DNA from: Harriotta raleighana
Taxonomy: Eukaryota
NCBI GenBank assembly: GCA_050575255.1
Contig: JBNZDD010013718.1
Location: forward strand, 6,236,334 to 6,300,333
DNA: 64,000 nucleotides
Reading direction: 5' to 3'
Shown: piece after piece, positions 22,761-36,385 of the stretch
Numbering within the stretch: the first letter of the stretch is position 1
Layout: the number at the start of each line of letters is the position of its first letter
Notes under the pieces: model-generated
The model's database searches: none
The model's input: only the letters and a program-made list of their open reading frames with translations
What the model was told of the DNA's origin: nothing
Translations under genes and position numbers: made by a program

Positions 22761-25700
22761 TAGTATGCACAAAAAATATTAAAGTTTTCAAATTATTATT
22801 TAATATTTTGCATACATCCTGTCGCACCTAGAACTGTTTGTCACGTTTCACCGCGAACATCTCACTAGCCGAACATTTCATCGTGAATGTTTAACGCATT
22901 TACTTCCTTTCAATCAACTTTACATTTCGAACTGAGCTGAAAACTGAAGAAAGAAAAGCTGTATTTTTTCAGGTGTGTAAAAGGATTTTCTGATATAAGA
23001 TTTTCAGCATAACAAAGGCATGCAAAATGCACACTGAAAATTGAAGAGCATCACAAGAAATAGATTGGACAGTATCCAAACAAGAAATAATCTGAGCATA
23101 AATTTTATATTCCCCACTTTCTGTTGGCCTCTCTCAAAACTAAATATTTCAACAGGTTTTGTGGTCATTTACACAAGACTGTCTTCTTTTTCAAGTCCAT
23201 AAGAATTCCAATTGTGTCAGCCTGTTGGAAACAAACTGCCACCAAAATACAAATAAAGCATCGTTTAAAAGGCCCCCATTGTCAGGAACACGATTTAAAA
23301 ATCCTACTTGTCATATAACTCGGGAATGATTTCATACTGAATCGCTTCATCTTGTACTACTTGCACACATTCAAAACCATTTTTAATTTCTGCAATTCAG
23401 GCTATGAGTGTAAAATATCCATTTCAATGTCACACACAATAAAATTCTATTATTTTAAGACACAGGAGTCCTTAACTATTTGACTATCCAGAAAATGACA
23501 GTATCTACATTGTACATGGGGCAATATTCAGTTTCCAACATTATTACCCAGAGAGTTTGTCTGCAGCACAATTCCAAACAGTGAAAGTGAGCTCCTGATT
23601 TGAGTTAGAAGTTCTGAAATATGTATCGTATATTAAATCATTCACTTTGTGCCAATCAATAAAAGGAGATCAGAAAATGGACTCTTGCGTCTATAAATGC
23701 AATTGTATGTAACTTGGTAAAAAATAAGTTGTATCTATGTGTGTGTGTGTGCATCTGTGTGTGTATCTGTGTGTGTGCATATGTGTGTGCGAGAGGGAGG
23801 GAGGGGAAAGGATGAATGCACTGTTTTCTTCCAACACCTCTAGTCTCAAGCATTCACTTTAGACTTTTAAAGTCATGTGGCCAATAGGGACGGAAACACA
23901 AGTGCTCTGTTCATCTTTCTTTTCAATCACTAGGAAAGTGACAGGCCTCCTAATTAGGCATAATAAACCATCTACAGAGTGAGTGGCAGAGCACTGATCT
24001 GACGAGCAGTGCCAATGACCCCCTGATACAGGTGCTGCCTTGGGCAGTCCTGCTATTGCTTTATAACCATCACATTACAGCCTTTTTCTCATATCATATT
24101 CAAATGCAAAGAGCATGTTTTTCATGATTTGCAGGACAGGAACAAAAAGAGCCTGTCTAATCAAATGCGCCTGACAATTTGCTGCCTTGACATTAAAAGA
24201 AGAGCGGTGGAGAGCTGTGTAGAGCTGCTCCCATTTCATCACATTACTTACAGCTATTTCTTTGAATCCAAGAAGAGACATTTCTTTGTTAAGAAAATTA
24301 AAAATTCATCAGAAAGAGGCCTTCAGAGGTCTCGAAGAATGTGTTTTGCGATGGAACCAACATTTGTAAAAGTTACAGCTCCTTAAGCAATGATTGTTAT
24401 TGATGGCTTGCCGTGTTTGGGCCTTATTAACAGCAAGATGGCACTGGGTAGACTGCAACCCTCCTGATTGCAATGATTCGACTGAGATTGTTTTTGTGGT
24501 GTAATGTGGGGGTGGGGGGGGACCTTACACTGAAGGTCCCTTGACTTGTAGCAGAATGCTCCGAGCAACTTGCAAGAGATAGGAAGGTGAAGGGGACAAA
24601 GACCATATAATTAGATGTATATACATAAACGCCAGGAGCACTTGAAAGAAAAACGGCAGAACTAGGAGCACCGGTGGGAACCGGTAATTATTATTATCTT
24701 ATAGAAACACAGAAACTCTGCAAAGCAAGGATGAGAGAAGTGTATGCGACATTCAGGAAGGATGGAGGCATCAGGGAAAGTTGAGGGGTTGCCTTATCCA
24801 TAGGGTAAATCTGGTACATTAAAATAGTTAGCCCGATATTGCAGCAAAATCCAATATAAAAATTGCTGCTTAGATGTACCTCGTGAAAAAGGAGCAGAAC
24901 AATATTTGAGGTTTGCTGCAAATTACTGTAACAGGCTAAACAAAAGGGAATAGCTTAACAAAATTAGTTAGTGAATGGGAAAGCAAATTTATATTGATAC
25001 AAATATCTTTTACTTCAAGAGGACATCCAAAAACACTTTGATCTCTTTTTAACTCTTGTTTTGCTGGGGTGAAATAGCAGGGTGCAAGCAAAGTAGATCT
25101 TCTGATCATACATCTCTATCGGTGTGTAGCACAACCAATGCAATAATGAGCGACAAAAGCAATCTGGGCAATTTTTCCATTTTTAAAATTAATTGACTGA
25201 AAGATAGTTTGAAAGACAGTTTCTATGGCCAATCAATAGGCCAGCATTCAAGCAGGGACCTGATAATCTTTTACATATGTGACAGAGAGACAGAGTGAGA
25301 CACACACACACTCACAAGCGCGCACACATACAAACACCTCAGCAAGGTCATGCAATCAGCCATGAGATGGGTAATCAATTCAATCAGAGGAGTGCTGGGC
25401 AGGAAAGTGGGAGAAACTTTCCATCTGTTTCGGAAGGCAGTTGATTCGAAGAACAGCCCCATCCAACAATCTAATGATGTACAGCACACACCCCACTCCC
25501 AAAACTAAACACACACCCAAGCAAGTTTGCAGTACATACACAAATGTACATATGGCATGGAGGAGTTGCACATCTCAGCAAAATTGTTTCTCCTCGCAAA
25601 AAACTATCTTGCAATGCATCATTCTTTATCTACGCCTAAAGGAAAAGGTTGGTTGGAGAGCAACAAACCAAAAGAAAACAAAAGATATGCAGTAAGCAGC

Positions 25701-26594
25701 AAAAACTGAACAAGGATGTTCAGTCTGGTCCATAGAGGTGTATGTATGGAGGCCTAAAATAGCCACCTTTTCATTATTTGGTTTATAATGTTGCTGGCAT
25801 CAAGAGATGCTAAGAAATTTGAGTTGAGTTTTGTGGAGTTTTGTGGCGGGATGAGGACCNAGGTGTATGTATGGAGGCCTAAAATAGCCACCTTTTCATT
25901 ATTTGGTTTATAATGTTGCTGGCATCAAGAGACTAAGAAATTTGAGTTGAGTTTTGTGGAGTTTTGTGGCGGGATGAGGACCAGAGCTAAACTTTTTCTT
26001 CACTTATCTTTGGGAATTGTGGCTTATCTATTCAAAGCCTCTTCTCCAGGATGTGGGGGAGCAGAAGACAAAAGGAGGATCGGGTGTGTGGGATCTGGGA
26101 AAGGAGCTAACTTGATCAGCCATTGCTTTCACCTGTTCTTAGGAGCAAAATTGTCAGTAACCCACCGAGCACTGAGCGTACCTGGTAGGCTGAAGTCACA
26201 CACAGCCTGGGAGGCTATAGTAATATGTTTACCATGACTTGGTTTGCAGCCTGGAATTATTTTACTACACAAATTAAATAAATGATGGCACGTTAGGAAG
26301 CGATATTAATTATTTTTTGAGAATACTGCTAGTTCGTGCGCCACTTTTAATGAACCTATTTGAGTTTTATTGCTTTTCTGTGCTATTCTAAGGGGAAATG
26401 CAGAGTTTTGTTTGCATTTGCTACATTAACGCACCACAAATATGTAAATTTTCCAAGTGACAAAAACAAAGTGACTTTCTATGTAGATAATGATGAGAAC
26501 TAACCAGATGATAACAGACCAAGTTTGTAAAAGTATTCCACTCGCTACCCCCACTCGGCAAACAACTACGGTGTTCCAATATTTTGCGTGACAG

Positions 26595-26976
26595 TCTGGC
26601 TCAGCTGGTATCTTTCTCACCTCCAAGTCAGAAACCTGTGGGTTCAAACCCCACATCAAGATTTGGAACTCATATATTCCAAGCTGATACCCTGTTCTGC
26701 CTGTTCAGGTGGATGTTAAAAATCCCAAGTTACTACCGTTACCTTCATCTGGCTTTACTTTGCTTCACAACTGCGCATCTGAAGAACAAGACTCCTTTCC
26801 AACCCCTTGGAAATTGTCAGTTTTCTAATAGAAAATAAATATGTTTGTGGGGCATTGCCATGCTCAAATTGGCTGCCGTCTTTGGTTGCAAAACGCACTG
26901 TATACCTTATCCTTGTGAAGTACTATGAGTCATCTTCTTGACCTAAAAGGTGCCATGTCAAATGTAATTATTATTT
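26595..26976 (+). mobile_element. Decayed DeuSINE with internal deletion
   Basis: ggctcagctggta...agtcagaa..tgtgggttcaaacccc head, ctgcctgttcaggtggatgttaaaaatccc Deu motif, aaattggctgccg and tail. Confidence 0.75.
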
Positions 26977-28064
26977 TACAGTATACAGGTACACTTGATT
27001 TTTCCCAATCAGATATATTAGCAACTCCCATCTGTCATCTCAGTTTAACCCTCTTATTATTAACTAAAATGTCTGCATTAACATATATATATTTCACATC
27101 AACATAATAATTTCTCCGTACACCTTTATAATGATGAATATGATCAAAATAAACTGGAGAAATCTGTGGACTCAAAAAACAATCACCTTCTTCCATTTTT
27201 CCTAAGAACCAAATTAATCTCAGTCTTAAACTGTAACACAGTTTGGATTTTAAAGCTAAAATTTAACAGGCTCCATTGGAACGTGATTGCACCGGATTTA
27301 TGAAGGGTTTCAAACATTTATGGCAAAATAAACTATAATCGAGCTGGAATGGAAATATTGCAACAGTGGGATCAGCAAGTATTTTGTTTGGGAAAATATC
27401 TAAGCCAGTTTTAAAGGTTCTCATCAGAGCTCATTAAAGCGACAATTTAAAAGGTGGGTACAAATAAACAGTAACTGGTTGAATGATGTTGTGTTGATTT
27501 CTGAAACCGTGTACCATGACTGTCGGCAGTTGTTGGTAATGCAAGTAACTTTCCTTAGTGACTGTTTAGCCTCAATCAGTTTTTTCAAAAAAAGCTAGAA
27601 AATTAAAGTCAAGACAATTACTGGTAACCATTAATCCAGAATAAAATATATGATATTCTACAAATAACCATGTAGAGCTCATCAATTCACAAATATAGAT
27701 ACAGTATTTAATAATATCTTTAAATATGGCACTTAAATGCTCCTTTGCCAAACTGGAGGTCATCATTAGTTGATTCCAGGAACTGAAAGGTTTCTGCACA
27801 TAGGCCACCTATTCTGAGGTTCAGTTACTTCACTCAAGCCCATCCAAATCTCTCAGTTAACTCAACAAAGTTCTTTGTCAGTTCAATTTAATTAAACACC
27901 ATAGGGGAAAGAGATTTTACCTGGGTCTATATTTACTTGAAAAAACTTTCAAGAAAGAAAGTAGGCTTCAAAATGAAGACTATATTCAACAATTTTCCAA
28001 ATTCTGGATGAATCGAAGAGCAAAATGTAAACCCGTGTGGTATTCTTTCCCAAATGTAGTTTGT

Positions 28065-28452
28065 TGATTTTGACTTCAAGATCCTCCCACCCGTGTTCAA
28101 ATCCACTCACATCCTGGCATCTCCCTACCTTTCCGACCTCCTCACTCTCCAAACCACCATCTGGATCCTCTGCTTAATTGGCACCGGCCTCCTGCTCGTC
28201 CCTCGCACCCTCCACCCCACCATCAGAGGTTTCACTTTCAACTAATATGTCCCCAAACTCTGGAACACTCTCCCTCAAACTCTCTGCCTCAATCCTTCTC
28301 TCCCCTTTTCAAGTCCCACTTGTAAACTTTCCTCTTCGACCGTGCTTATAGCCACCACTCCCTTAGCTTGGAGTCGGGCTCCGCCACCGTTTAAGCACTC
28401 TGAGACAGTAGCCAGCATGGAGGGCACCATATAAACACACGTTGTTATTGAT
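28065..28452 (+). mobile_element. L2-clade LINE 3' fragment (tail type B)
   Basis: ttcaagatcctc (FKIL) ... cccaaactctggaacactctccct (PKLWNTLP) ... gcactctgagac...ggagggcaccatataaa. Confidence 0.88.
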
Positions 28453-31400
28453 TGTGACCATTAGTTAGAGTTAATCTGCAATATTCACAATATCGCAAAT
28501 TGCCAGGCTTGTATTTGCATATAGAAATGACAGCATTGGAGTGGTGCTGTGTACAGGACTCCACACTAGGCTCTGTAGTTTCTTGATCATCTCAGTTTTT
28601 AATGGCGTGCGCACACACAAACACACACATCTGCGCCTCTTCTGGTGTAGAGCTTCCCGCGGTTTAACAAGCCACACACGTAGGAGATTATGCAGATCTC
28701 AGAGAAGCAGTTCGTGCTCCCTTTAAATTGATAGTGTAATCAAACTGTTTACAAAAATCTCCAGGAAAGGCCACAGCAAAAAAGTGACTTCATTACAATG
28801 CAGTGATTTATTTGTTTATCTGTAGCAAACTGGTGTTTGCTATGCGGGTCCCTGAGGGAAGCAGTGCAGCGTGGGAGTGGTAGTCATATCAGAGTCGCAC
28901 AATCCTATTGTCACTTCCCACATGATGTCAGTGTTGTATCTGGTAATATGGGAAGCAACAGTGAAAAGCATCCACTGGGTGAACACCGGCAAGTTTTCTC
29001 AAAGGATACCAGCGATTGCTCAACGCTGTGGTCCATCCAGGATAATTCGGGTGTTCGTTTGACTTTATTTAAATTATTGAGGGCCACGTTAAGAATGTTG
29101 CCCCAGAGGAGGGTAAGCTCTTTCAACCAAATCAATGTTCTTCCAAAGTCCTGCCTGTGCGATTAAGCATCAAAAGGCATCGTAGCTTTGGCCCATTTAG
29201 CATGCTCCCTGCAAAGGCCTATCTACGTACCATATTGGGGACTCTATCTATTCCATCCAATTTAAGGAGGAAAGCAACAAATTGTAAAATGATAAAGCTC
29301 TTGCTACTGTCTCCCAACTCTCCAATATCTACCAACTTTTCAAAGTATTATTTTGCCTTGCAATCTGCTACATTTTCTCAATGGAATTCTTGGGATTGAA
29401 TTACAGCAATACTGTACATGTTCAGAATTGAATGGCTACATTCCTCCCGCACCTTGTGCCTTCTGATGCCCTCCCGATATGAAAGGCGCTATACTGTACA
29501 ATTGTAATTTGATGTTATAACCCTGCATTCCTCAACGTCTCCCCATCTCACTTGCTTCTCTGCATTACATCACTCCCAACTAAGTCTGCTGCATGTGTCC
29601 ATGTAAAACCCACTTTGCTGGTAATTAAATTGTTTGCCAGATAAACATAATATGTCAACATTTGATGAGTTGTTTATTTATTTGATAGGTTTCTTTAAAT
29701 TAAGTTCATTTCCACCACAAAATATATTACAGTCAATTGACTTTACAGTATATTCTGTGAAGCACATTGAGACGTCTCAAAGATGTGATAAGGTGCTATA
29801 TCAAATACAAGCATTATTATCAGTATTTATTTCATTGGCATGAACGAGCATTGTTGTACTCACTTTGAGGGACACAGTAATACGCAGTACCAACATTTTA
29901 CAGATGTAAGTTGTGGGGAGCTAATATTTTCCAACTTTCATCAGAAACTGATTATTGATAGATTTAAATTAAACAGAACTAATTCTGGAAGCACTCTGTA
30001 ATTTCCACACAAACACATAGCATCTCCTGCGTTCCAGAATGACACACACTAATTAGCTAATTCTACTATCGATGTGCCCGGTAATTACTATCACCCAAAT
30101 CCTACAAAATTCTTAAGGGGTTCCGTTCAGCTTTACTTATTTCTGGCACCAACGTCCTGTTAAGTGATTCTGTTTGTGCAAATATAAAGGGCCAAGTCCC
30201 AAATATTATGTAAATCAAGCAAGCCATTGCTTTTTTTTCTCCCCATAACTGTGTGGCAGCTGTCATAAAAACCATCAAACAGCCTATATTTAAATATGTT
30301 TTCAGGGGATTTTGCATGCTCTAAATCTGTCAGACACTATCAAGTGTTCTCTTCTCCTATGCAGACTAAAACACCCTGCTCTGTTTTTCAGACAATTCCC
30401 CACTTTCTCCAGTTACCGGGAAGCGCAGCATTACTGTGTGTGTTCTGCAGCATTCCATATTAGATTGGGCGCCGATCCAAAAGAGCTCCTGGCACTTGCA
30501 ATGAGCACTGTCATTAGAATAATAATGTGCTACTCGGGAGTAGAGATGTCGCGTAGAATGTGAGGGACCAATGGAAGCTGTTCCATTTCATTCTTTACAT
30601 TGAATTGAACCAGTTTCCGGAACGCAGACTGCAACAAATAGATTACAAATGATGTGACTCACACATCCTGGAACCTTTATAAAGGTTACCGTATTTCACC
30701 AAACTAAAATCTTGACTTAAATGATAAAAGACTACTCTGATAAAAACTATTTGTAGGTATGTTCTCCTACAAAATATATAATCACTAAATATATTACACT
30801 AAAGAGTAAAGCTCTTTGAGGTGTACTCCTGACTTGAAAGGCTTGATATCAGACGTAAGGATTATTCTTATTCCTAAGTATATGCTCTCACTTTTCCTTG
30901 GCCCTAGGCATTAGCTTGAATGCTCACAATCTCTAAAACATATTTTGTTTTAAAGTCAAGATCAGGCAAATTATGTAGAAATTTTGAAAGTATGTTTTTT
31001 TAAGAACTATTAAGATTAGTTTAGATTAAAAACACATTTAAGATATTTTCACAATTTTGTGCAATTTTAAGATGGAAGTTGAGCACGGGCTAAGACAAGG
31101 TGGAAAGTTGGGCCTCATCACTTTTAAAAATGCCTGTTCAGAGAATACATTATAACACGAGTGATATTGTTCCCCACAAATGCTAGGGGTGACACAGTGC
31201 AACTTTTCTTTCCCCTCGCATAGGCATAGGCACCAACCTCAGTTAATCACAAACTTCGCAAAATAAAGTGCAGCAAAGCAATGATTGAAGACGAACAATT
31301 TATAAATGCCCAGTTAGAAAACATGCAATTGTGTTAGGCGGCAATCACATAATTGCAGAGTTAAAAAATAAAAGTTTAATTAAAATGATTTTTGATCTGC

Positions 31401-32088
31401 AACAATGTTTTTGGACCTTAAAGTTTATGTACACACACACAAACCATTTCTGGATTACGAAAATATACTCATCTGTTTCTTTGCATAAAGAAACTAGCAG
31501 CAATATTATTTCATGAACTGACTCTACAAACACACACCTATTCTTTATTGCTTTTCTGTTTGTAAAACCATGAGACGGCTATTCTGCTGCACACCAAACA
31601 TTGCATTTGCTCATTTCATGGCTGTATATTACCGCTGTTGACAATAGTTGTGTTGAAAGTATTTTTAAATAGTGCTCCACTGTTGAACCTGCCTGCCTTT
31701 TCCTTTTGAGATGCACACCTATGACAAAAATCAGATGATACATAAAGTTTCTGTGTTTGTATATTTTGCATGTAGGTATATTATGAGTCTCCTCCATGGC
31801 ACTCAACTTGGCCACAAAGGGTACCGAATGTTCCACTGCCTAACAGCACCAAGAAGTTGCTAAGTACCTGTTACATTACCGGACTGACTTTGTCTAGTTT
31901 GTTTCAGATCTCCTTGCAACTCACTTAGGTTGTCAACTAGCTCAACAGTCACACAGTGGGATCCAACTCATACTTCTCCCTGCGGGTGCATCGCAGTGAA
32001 CTGTGCACTGGTCTGAAGAGCTGGTGGAGAGAAGTGGACGTGCTAGACTGGGTAAATTCACACGTTCTCCTTCTCGTCTGTCACCAGC

Positions 32089-32215
32089 TACAACAACAAC
32101 TTGCATTTATATAGCGCTCTGCAAGCAAGGAAGCACCCAGAGTGCAGAGACTGACCCGATGGCGAGATGCGAGAAGGCATGGTCACAGAAGGATGTCTTC
32201 AGGTGCAAGTTCTCT
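32089..32215 (-). mobile_element. L2 3' tail fragment
   Basis: acaacaacaacttgcatttatatagcgctc...gaaggatgtcttcagg (LKTSF on minus). Confidence 0.7.
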
Positions 32216-34240
32216 AACACCTGTGCAAAGTAACCTATCCCATCCCATACTATTCCATAGCAATCAAACATCATCTTTCTACTACTAAATCCTATATCCA
32301 AACTGACAAAACATTTTTAATGAAGATGCTTTTCTTTGTATTTTTATTTGGGCTATTTTTGCTATCCACAACTTCATTAGCTCAGGCTTTAATTATACAC
32401 ATACTCAAACTAATATCAGAGCAGTACAACATGAATACTGGACAGCACTGAGATGGCTAAACATTTATCATTCATACCCAACAATAAACCCTGAAAGGCT
32501 ATACAGTTTGAAGGCATTGGCACACAAGCAAATAACCCATTCAGCAGCAGGAGGAAAATGGACTAAAATAATGTTCGAAAATGTTGACCTGGATTTTCCC
32601 ATTTATCATCAGAGAAATAAAGATAAAGAACTCATTCTAAATTGTTTTGCATTAGCATTCTGTGAGTAAACAAAATGCTATCCTCAGCATATTTGATGAC
32701 TGTGTACTGTAATACCCTACGATGTAAATCTCTGAGGGCTATTCATTTCTTCTCCCAGTTATTAGCTCAGTGAATAATATTATTCTAATTATATCAGTCC
32801 AATCAGCACTATTGCATGTCTAAGCTCATTTCCATTAGTTTAAGCTTTGTCTTTCACACTGTGATACTAATTCAATGAGACATCAAACATTTGCATCGAC
32901 CCAGAATGCTGAGGTCAACCAGTTTTGCCCTTTCACTCTATTAGCACTACAGTGTAATTGTGTTTGTCACTCCCTGGATGACAAATAGCATCAGGAGTGA
33001 CTATCTGAGCACAAATGGGTTGTGTGCGGGTACATAATTTCACTCCATAATATCAATATGTGTTTAGTTGTCTAGGTGTGTCAGTGCTGTTTGCTGATCA
33101 CTGTGCCTTCTGATTCTTGGCAAGCCATTGCACCTTTGGTTAATTGTAACTAGTTCAACGTTGCCCAAACTGAGGTATTTCTTAATAGGGATTCCTTATT
33201 AAAAAAAATCCAAGTTATGCTAACAGGGACTCCCTCCGGCAACAGGAAATGCGTTCAGCTAATCTGCAAGAAAATTGTTTTGATCCAATTTACAGAGATT
33301 CCACGAATCCTATCGGGAATCCTTCTAACTGTCATCTGCGTCTTATCTGCTTATCTGCAGGACGCAGGGGATGAATTTCAGTCAATAACCAAACAATTAC
33401 TTAAAGTGTGACTTAAATCTGCATCTTATTCTCGTATTTGTTGAACTTGAATTGGTATGCTCAGTCTGTCCTCGGCTTTGATTTACTGGCAATTAGTATG
33501 ACTGCTTCTATATTTTCCTAATATATCCTGAATTGCTAAAAGCTTTTGAAGTCTAACATTTTATTTATGTGGATCCGTTGGATAATGAATTTTGTTGTAT
33601 TGAATTTGGTTATCACATAATTTACAAATTTGAATGGATACATTTGCAAATTCTTTCAGAGTGATTTCTCTAATTATTGTTAGATATAATTCTTCTGGTT
33701 TCCTGGGCCTCTTACAGCCAAGAGTGCACCAATGCTTAGATCTCAAAAACTGTGCAAAAGTGAGTGCAACTATTTACATAATTTAATAATAGAATATACT
33801 TACGCTCGCTTTCAACAGCTCAGCCTACAAACATTTGTCCCCATGTTAGTCCTCCTCCATTCTTTACAAGCTCAACTATAAAGGAATGTGATCCCGAATT
33901 AATATAAGTATTTCAACAATTTTTTTTTAAAAGATTGAAATCTCCATGTTGCCAGAGGGAGTTATTATGATGTTCAATTATCACATTTGAATATGTTGAG
34001 AAATGCTTAAGTTGAGTTGAATATTTGTTAATATTTGCTTCTGATCCTTACTCGATCTTGTTGACTCTGGTTACTCATGTTATTTGTTAGTTTCCACCAA
34101 ATGAAAACTACAAACAGTTGGCAACACTCTCAGCACTGAGTCAGGATGTTAGTGGGTAAAAGCCCCAGAAGCAGTCATACTAATTGCCAGCAAAAAAAGG
34201 TTTTCCACCTTCTCTGTTTTTAGGAGTGCAACAATATCAC

Positions 34241-34507
34241 GGAGTCCTGTAGCTCAGTGGTTAGAGCACTTGCCTTGCCAGTGGGAGACCTGGGTTCCCG
34301 GCACGTCAAAATCTTGGCCAGGTTTCCTTACTCCACATGCCCGATAATAATCCCTCAAAAAAATGTATCATCTCAATCCATGACTGTTTGTGGGACACCA
34401 TTGGCTGTCGCATTTTGCCCACAAAATATACACTTTGCAATGCATTTTGTGAAGCACCTTGAAGATGTGAAAAGTGCTATATCAAATGCAAGGATTATTA
34501 TTGTTAT
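34241..34507 (+). mobile_element. tRNA-derived SINE, short form
   Basis: ggagtcctgtagctcagtggttagagcacttgcc...gggttccc...atcaaatgcaaggattattatt. Confidence 0.92.
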
Positions 34508-35671
34508 ATCCATTGGGAGCACTGTCCATGAGTCTGATGTCAAACTACTCAATTACTGAAAAAAGCAAGAAAATTGATAAATTTAGTGAGTTATTAACTC
34601 TTTCAGAGATCAAAAGCCCTTTCAGCTTTCAAAACACTCCCAATCTTTACGAGATCTACAAATGTTTTGTTACATTTTATTTTTAAAAATCTATTTGTTG
34701 TACAGACATTTATAATTTATAGAATGTTAGAATAGCAAAAAACTGTTTTTATTTTAAATCCTTGGGTCAAATTTCTTGTCTTACAGTTTAAGACCATGCA
34801 AAATATTTGGAAAACAGTCTTAATTTGGAAGCCAATGTTCTGAAAAAGAACTGTGGAACTTCCATCTTAAGACTGGTTTGAAGATGATTTTCCAAATCTC
34901 TGTACAATCTTACATTTTAAAGCACTGGCTTTAAGGTTAGAATGTGAGAAATTTCAGGCCTTAGAAATTCTGACCATCAAAGGGGTAAAAAAAAGCTCAG
35001 TGGTGATTTCTGTGAATACCCCGAATAATGCATAATTTACGTAGTTTCCATGTTACTTGTGATTTAAATGTAACTCAATTGTCTAATTGAAATTGTCAAG
35101 GTTTATAGTCATAGATAGTGCTAAATCCTCAAGTCAAAGATGCATTATTAATAATGCACAATTTTTGTAATTGATTGTTAACCGAGTATTTGTTTGCTTC
35201 TGCACCTCTTCGTTTATGGCTGATGAAAGTGTGAAGTGCTTTCACTGTTGATAATAGTATTTAATTTATCACATACAACAGTCCCTGACCTCTGAGTGTT
35301 CCACTCCTTTCATCACCTTCACAGCTGCTCAAGTTAATTGTTAGAGCTAAGTGTAAATGAAAATCAACTGAGATAATAATGAATGAAGTCCATTACTCTA
35401 AATAGTGGATTGCTTATCAAGGTTCATCAAGAGGCACTGAACCCAACCCCAACATCAGCAGCTCTGCATCCAGCACATCAAGCCACATTCAATCCAGAGC
35501 TAAGCCATAATGGTGTATTGTAAAGCAGAAGGCATGTCATACACATTAGGAATTTATCAACTTAAATTATTTTAAAGATTTGAACTGTAAAATAAAAGTC
35601 AGCAATTTACAATTTTGCTCCGCATATTGTAGTAATAATCCTTGTATTTCACAACTTATCAATCATAAAAT

Positions 35672-35843
35672 CTATCATTTCAATCCATGGCTGTTTGTGG
35701 GACACTGCTGTGCATGGTTGACTGACGTGTTTTGCCCATAAAATATATAGTCAATTCGCTTTACAGTATATTCCGTGGTGCTTTGAGACGTCTAGAAGAT
35801 GTGAAAAGCGCTATATCAACTGCAAGGTTTATTATTATTATCA
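35672..35843 (+). mobile_element. tRNA-SINE 3' half
   Basis: gctgtttgtgggacactgctgtgca...ctttgagacgtctagaagatgtgaaaagcgctatatca; another copy at about 39585-39758(+). Confidence 0.88.
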
Positions 35844-36007
35844 TATCGTCAAAACATCTTAAAGTGCTTTACTGGATTTACTGGAGTGTAGTGATTGTAT
35901 TTGAAGGAAAATGCAGCATCCAATTTGCCCCACATAAAGTGAATAACAATTTTCTCCAGGTGATTGGAGAAAAGAAACTGAGTCAATGTTTTGGGTGCAG
36001 AGGAGTC

Positions 36008-36136
36008 AGAACGGTCGTGGACCCGAAACGTTGACTCACTTTCCTTTCTCCATAGCTGCTGCCTGACCTGCTGAATGTTCACAGCGATTTCTGTTTTTGT
36101 TTCCGATCTCCAGCATCTGCAGTATTTTACGTTTTC
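36008..36136 (+). mobile_element. Penelope-like element terminal/3' UTR remnant
   Basis: ggtc..gacccgaaacgttgactc...gctgcctgacctgctga...ttctgtttttgtttccgatctccagcatctgcagtatttt, recognised as the chondrichthyan Penelope-associated repeat. Confidence 0.65.
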
Positions 36137-36139
36137 CCC

Positions 36140-36385
36140 CAGATGATTGTTGGCCATCACACCTTCCTTTTCAATCAGTGCATTGGGATCTTCATTGTGC
36201 ACTTGAACAAGCAAACGGAACCTCAGTTTAATATTTCATCTGAAGGAAGGAACCTCCAACAATGACGAAAACACAGTATTGCTCTGGAGTCTCAGCCCAG
36301 ACTATGAGCTCATAAAATCCTAACCTGGGACTTTAACCTACAACCTCCTGACTCAGTGATGAAAGTGTTGCCAACTGAGTTTATC
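36140..36385 (-). mobile_element. DeuSINE 5' half
   Basis: Minus strand: ctcagttggcaacact...ctgagtcaggaggttgtaggtt head; ttcagatgaaatattaaactgagg...tgaagatcccaatgcac Deu domain. Confidence 0.8.

Noticed and set aside
34241-34315. tRNA-like sequences (also at 15800-15875, 17925-17996, 19700-19765, 45505-45570, 52795-52868, 62655-62728)
   Set aside because: Box A/B are present, but acceptor stems are broken, anticodons vary, and each is followed by the SINE core and tail: SINE heads, not tRNA genes
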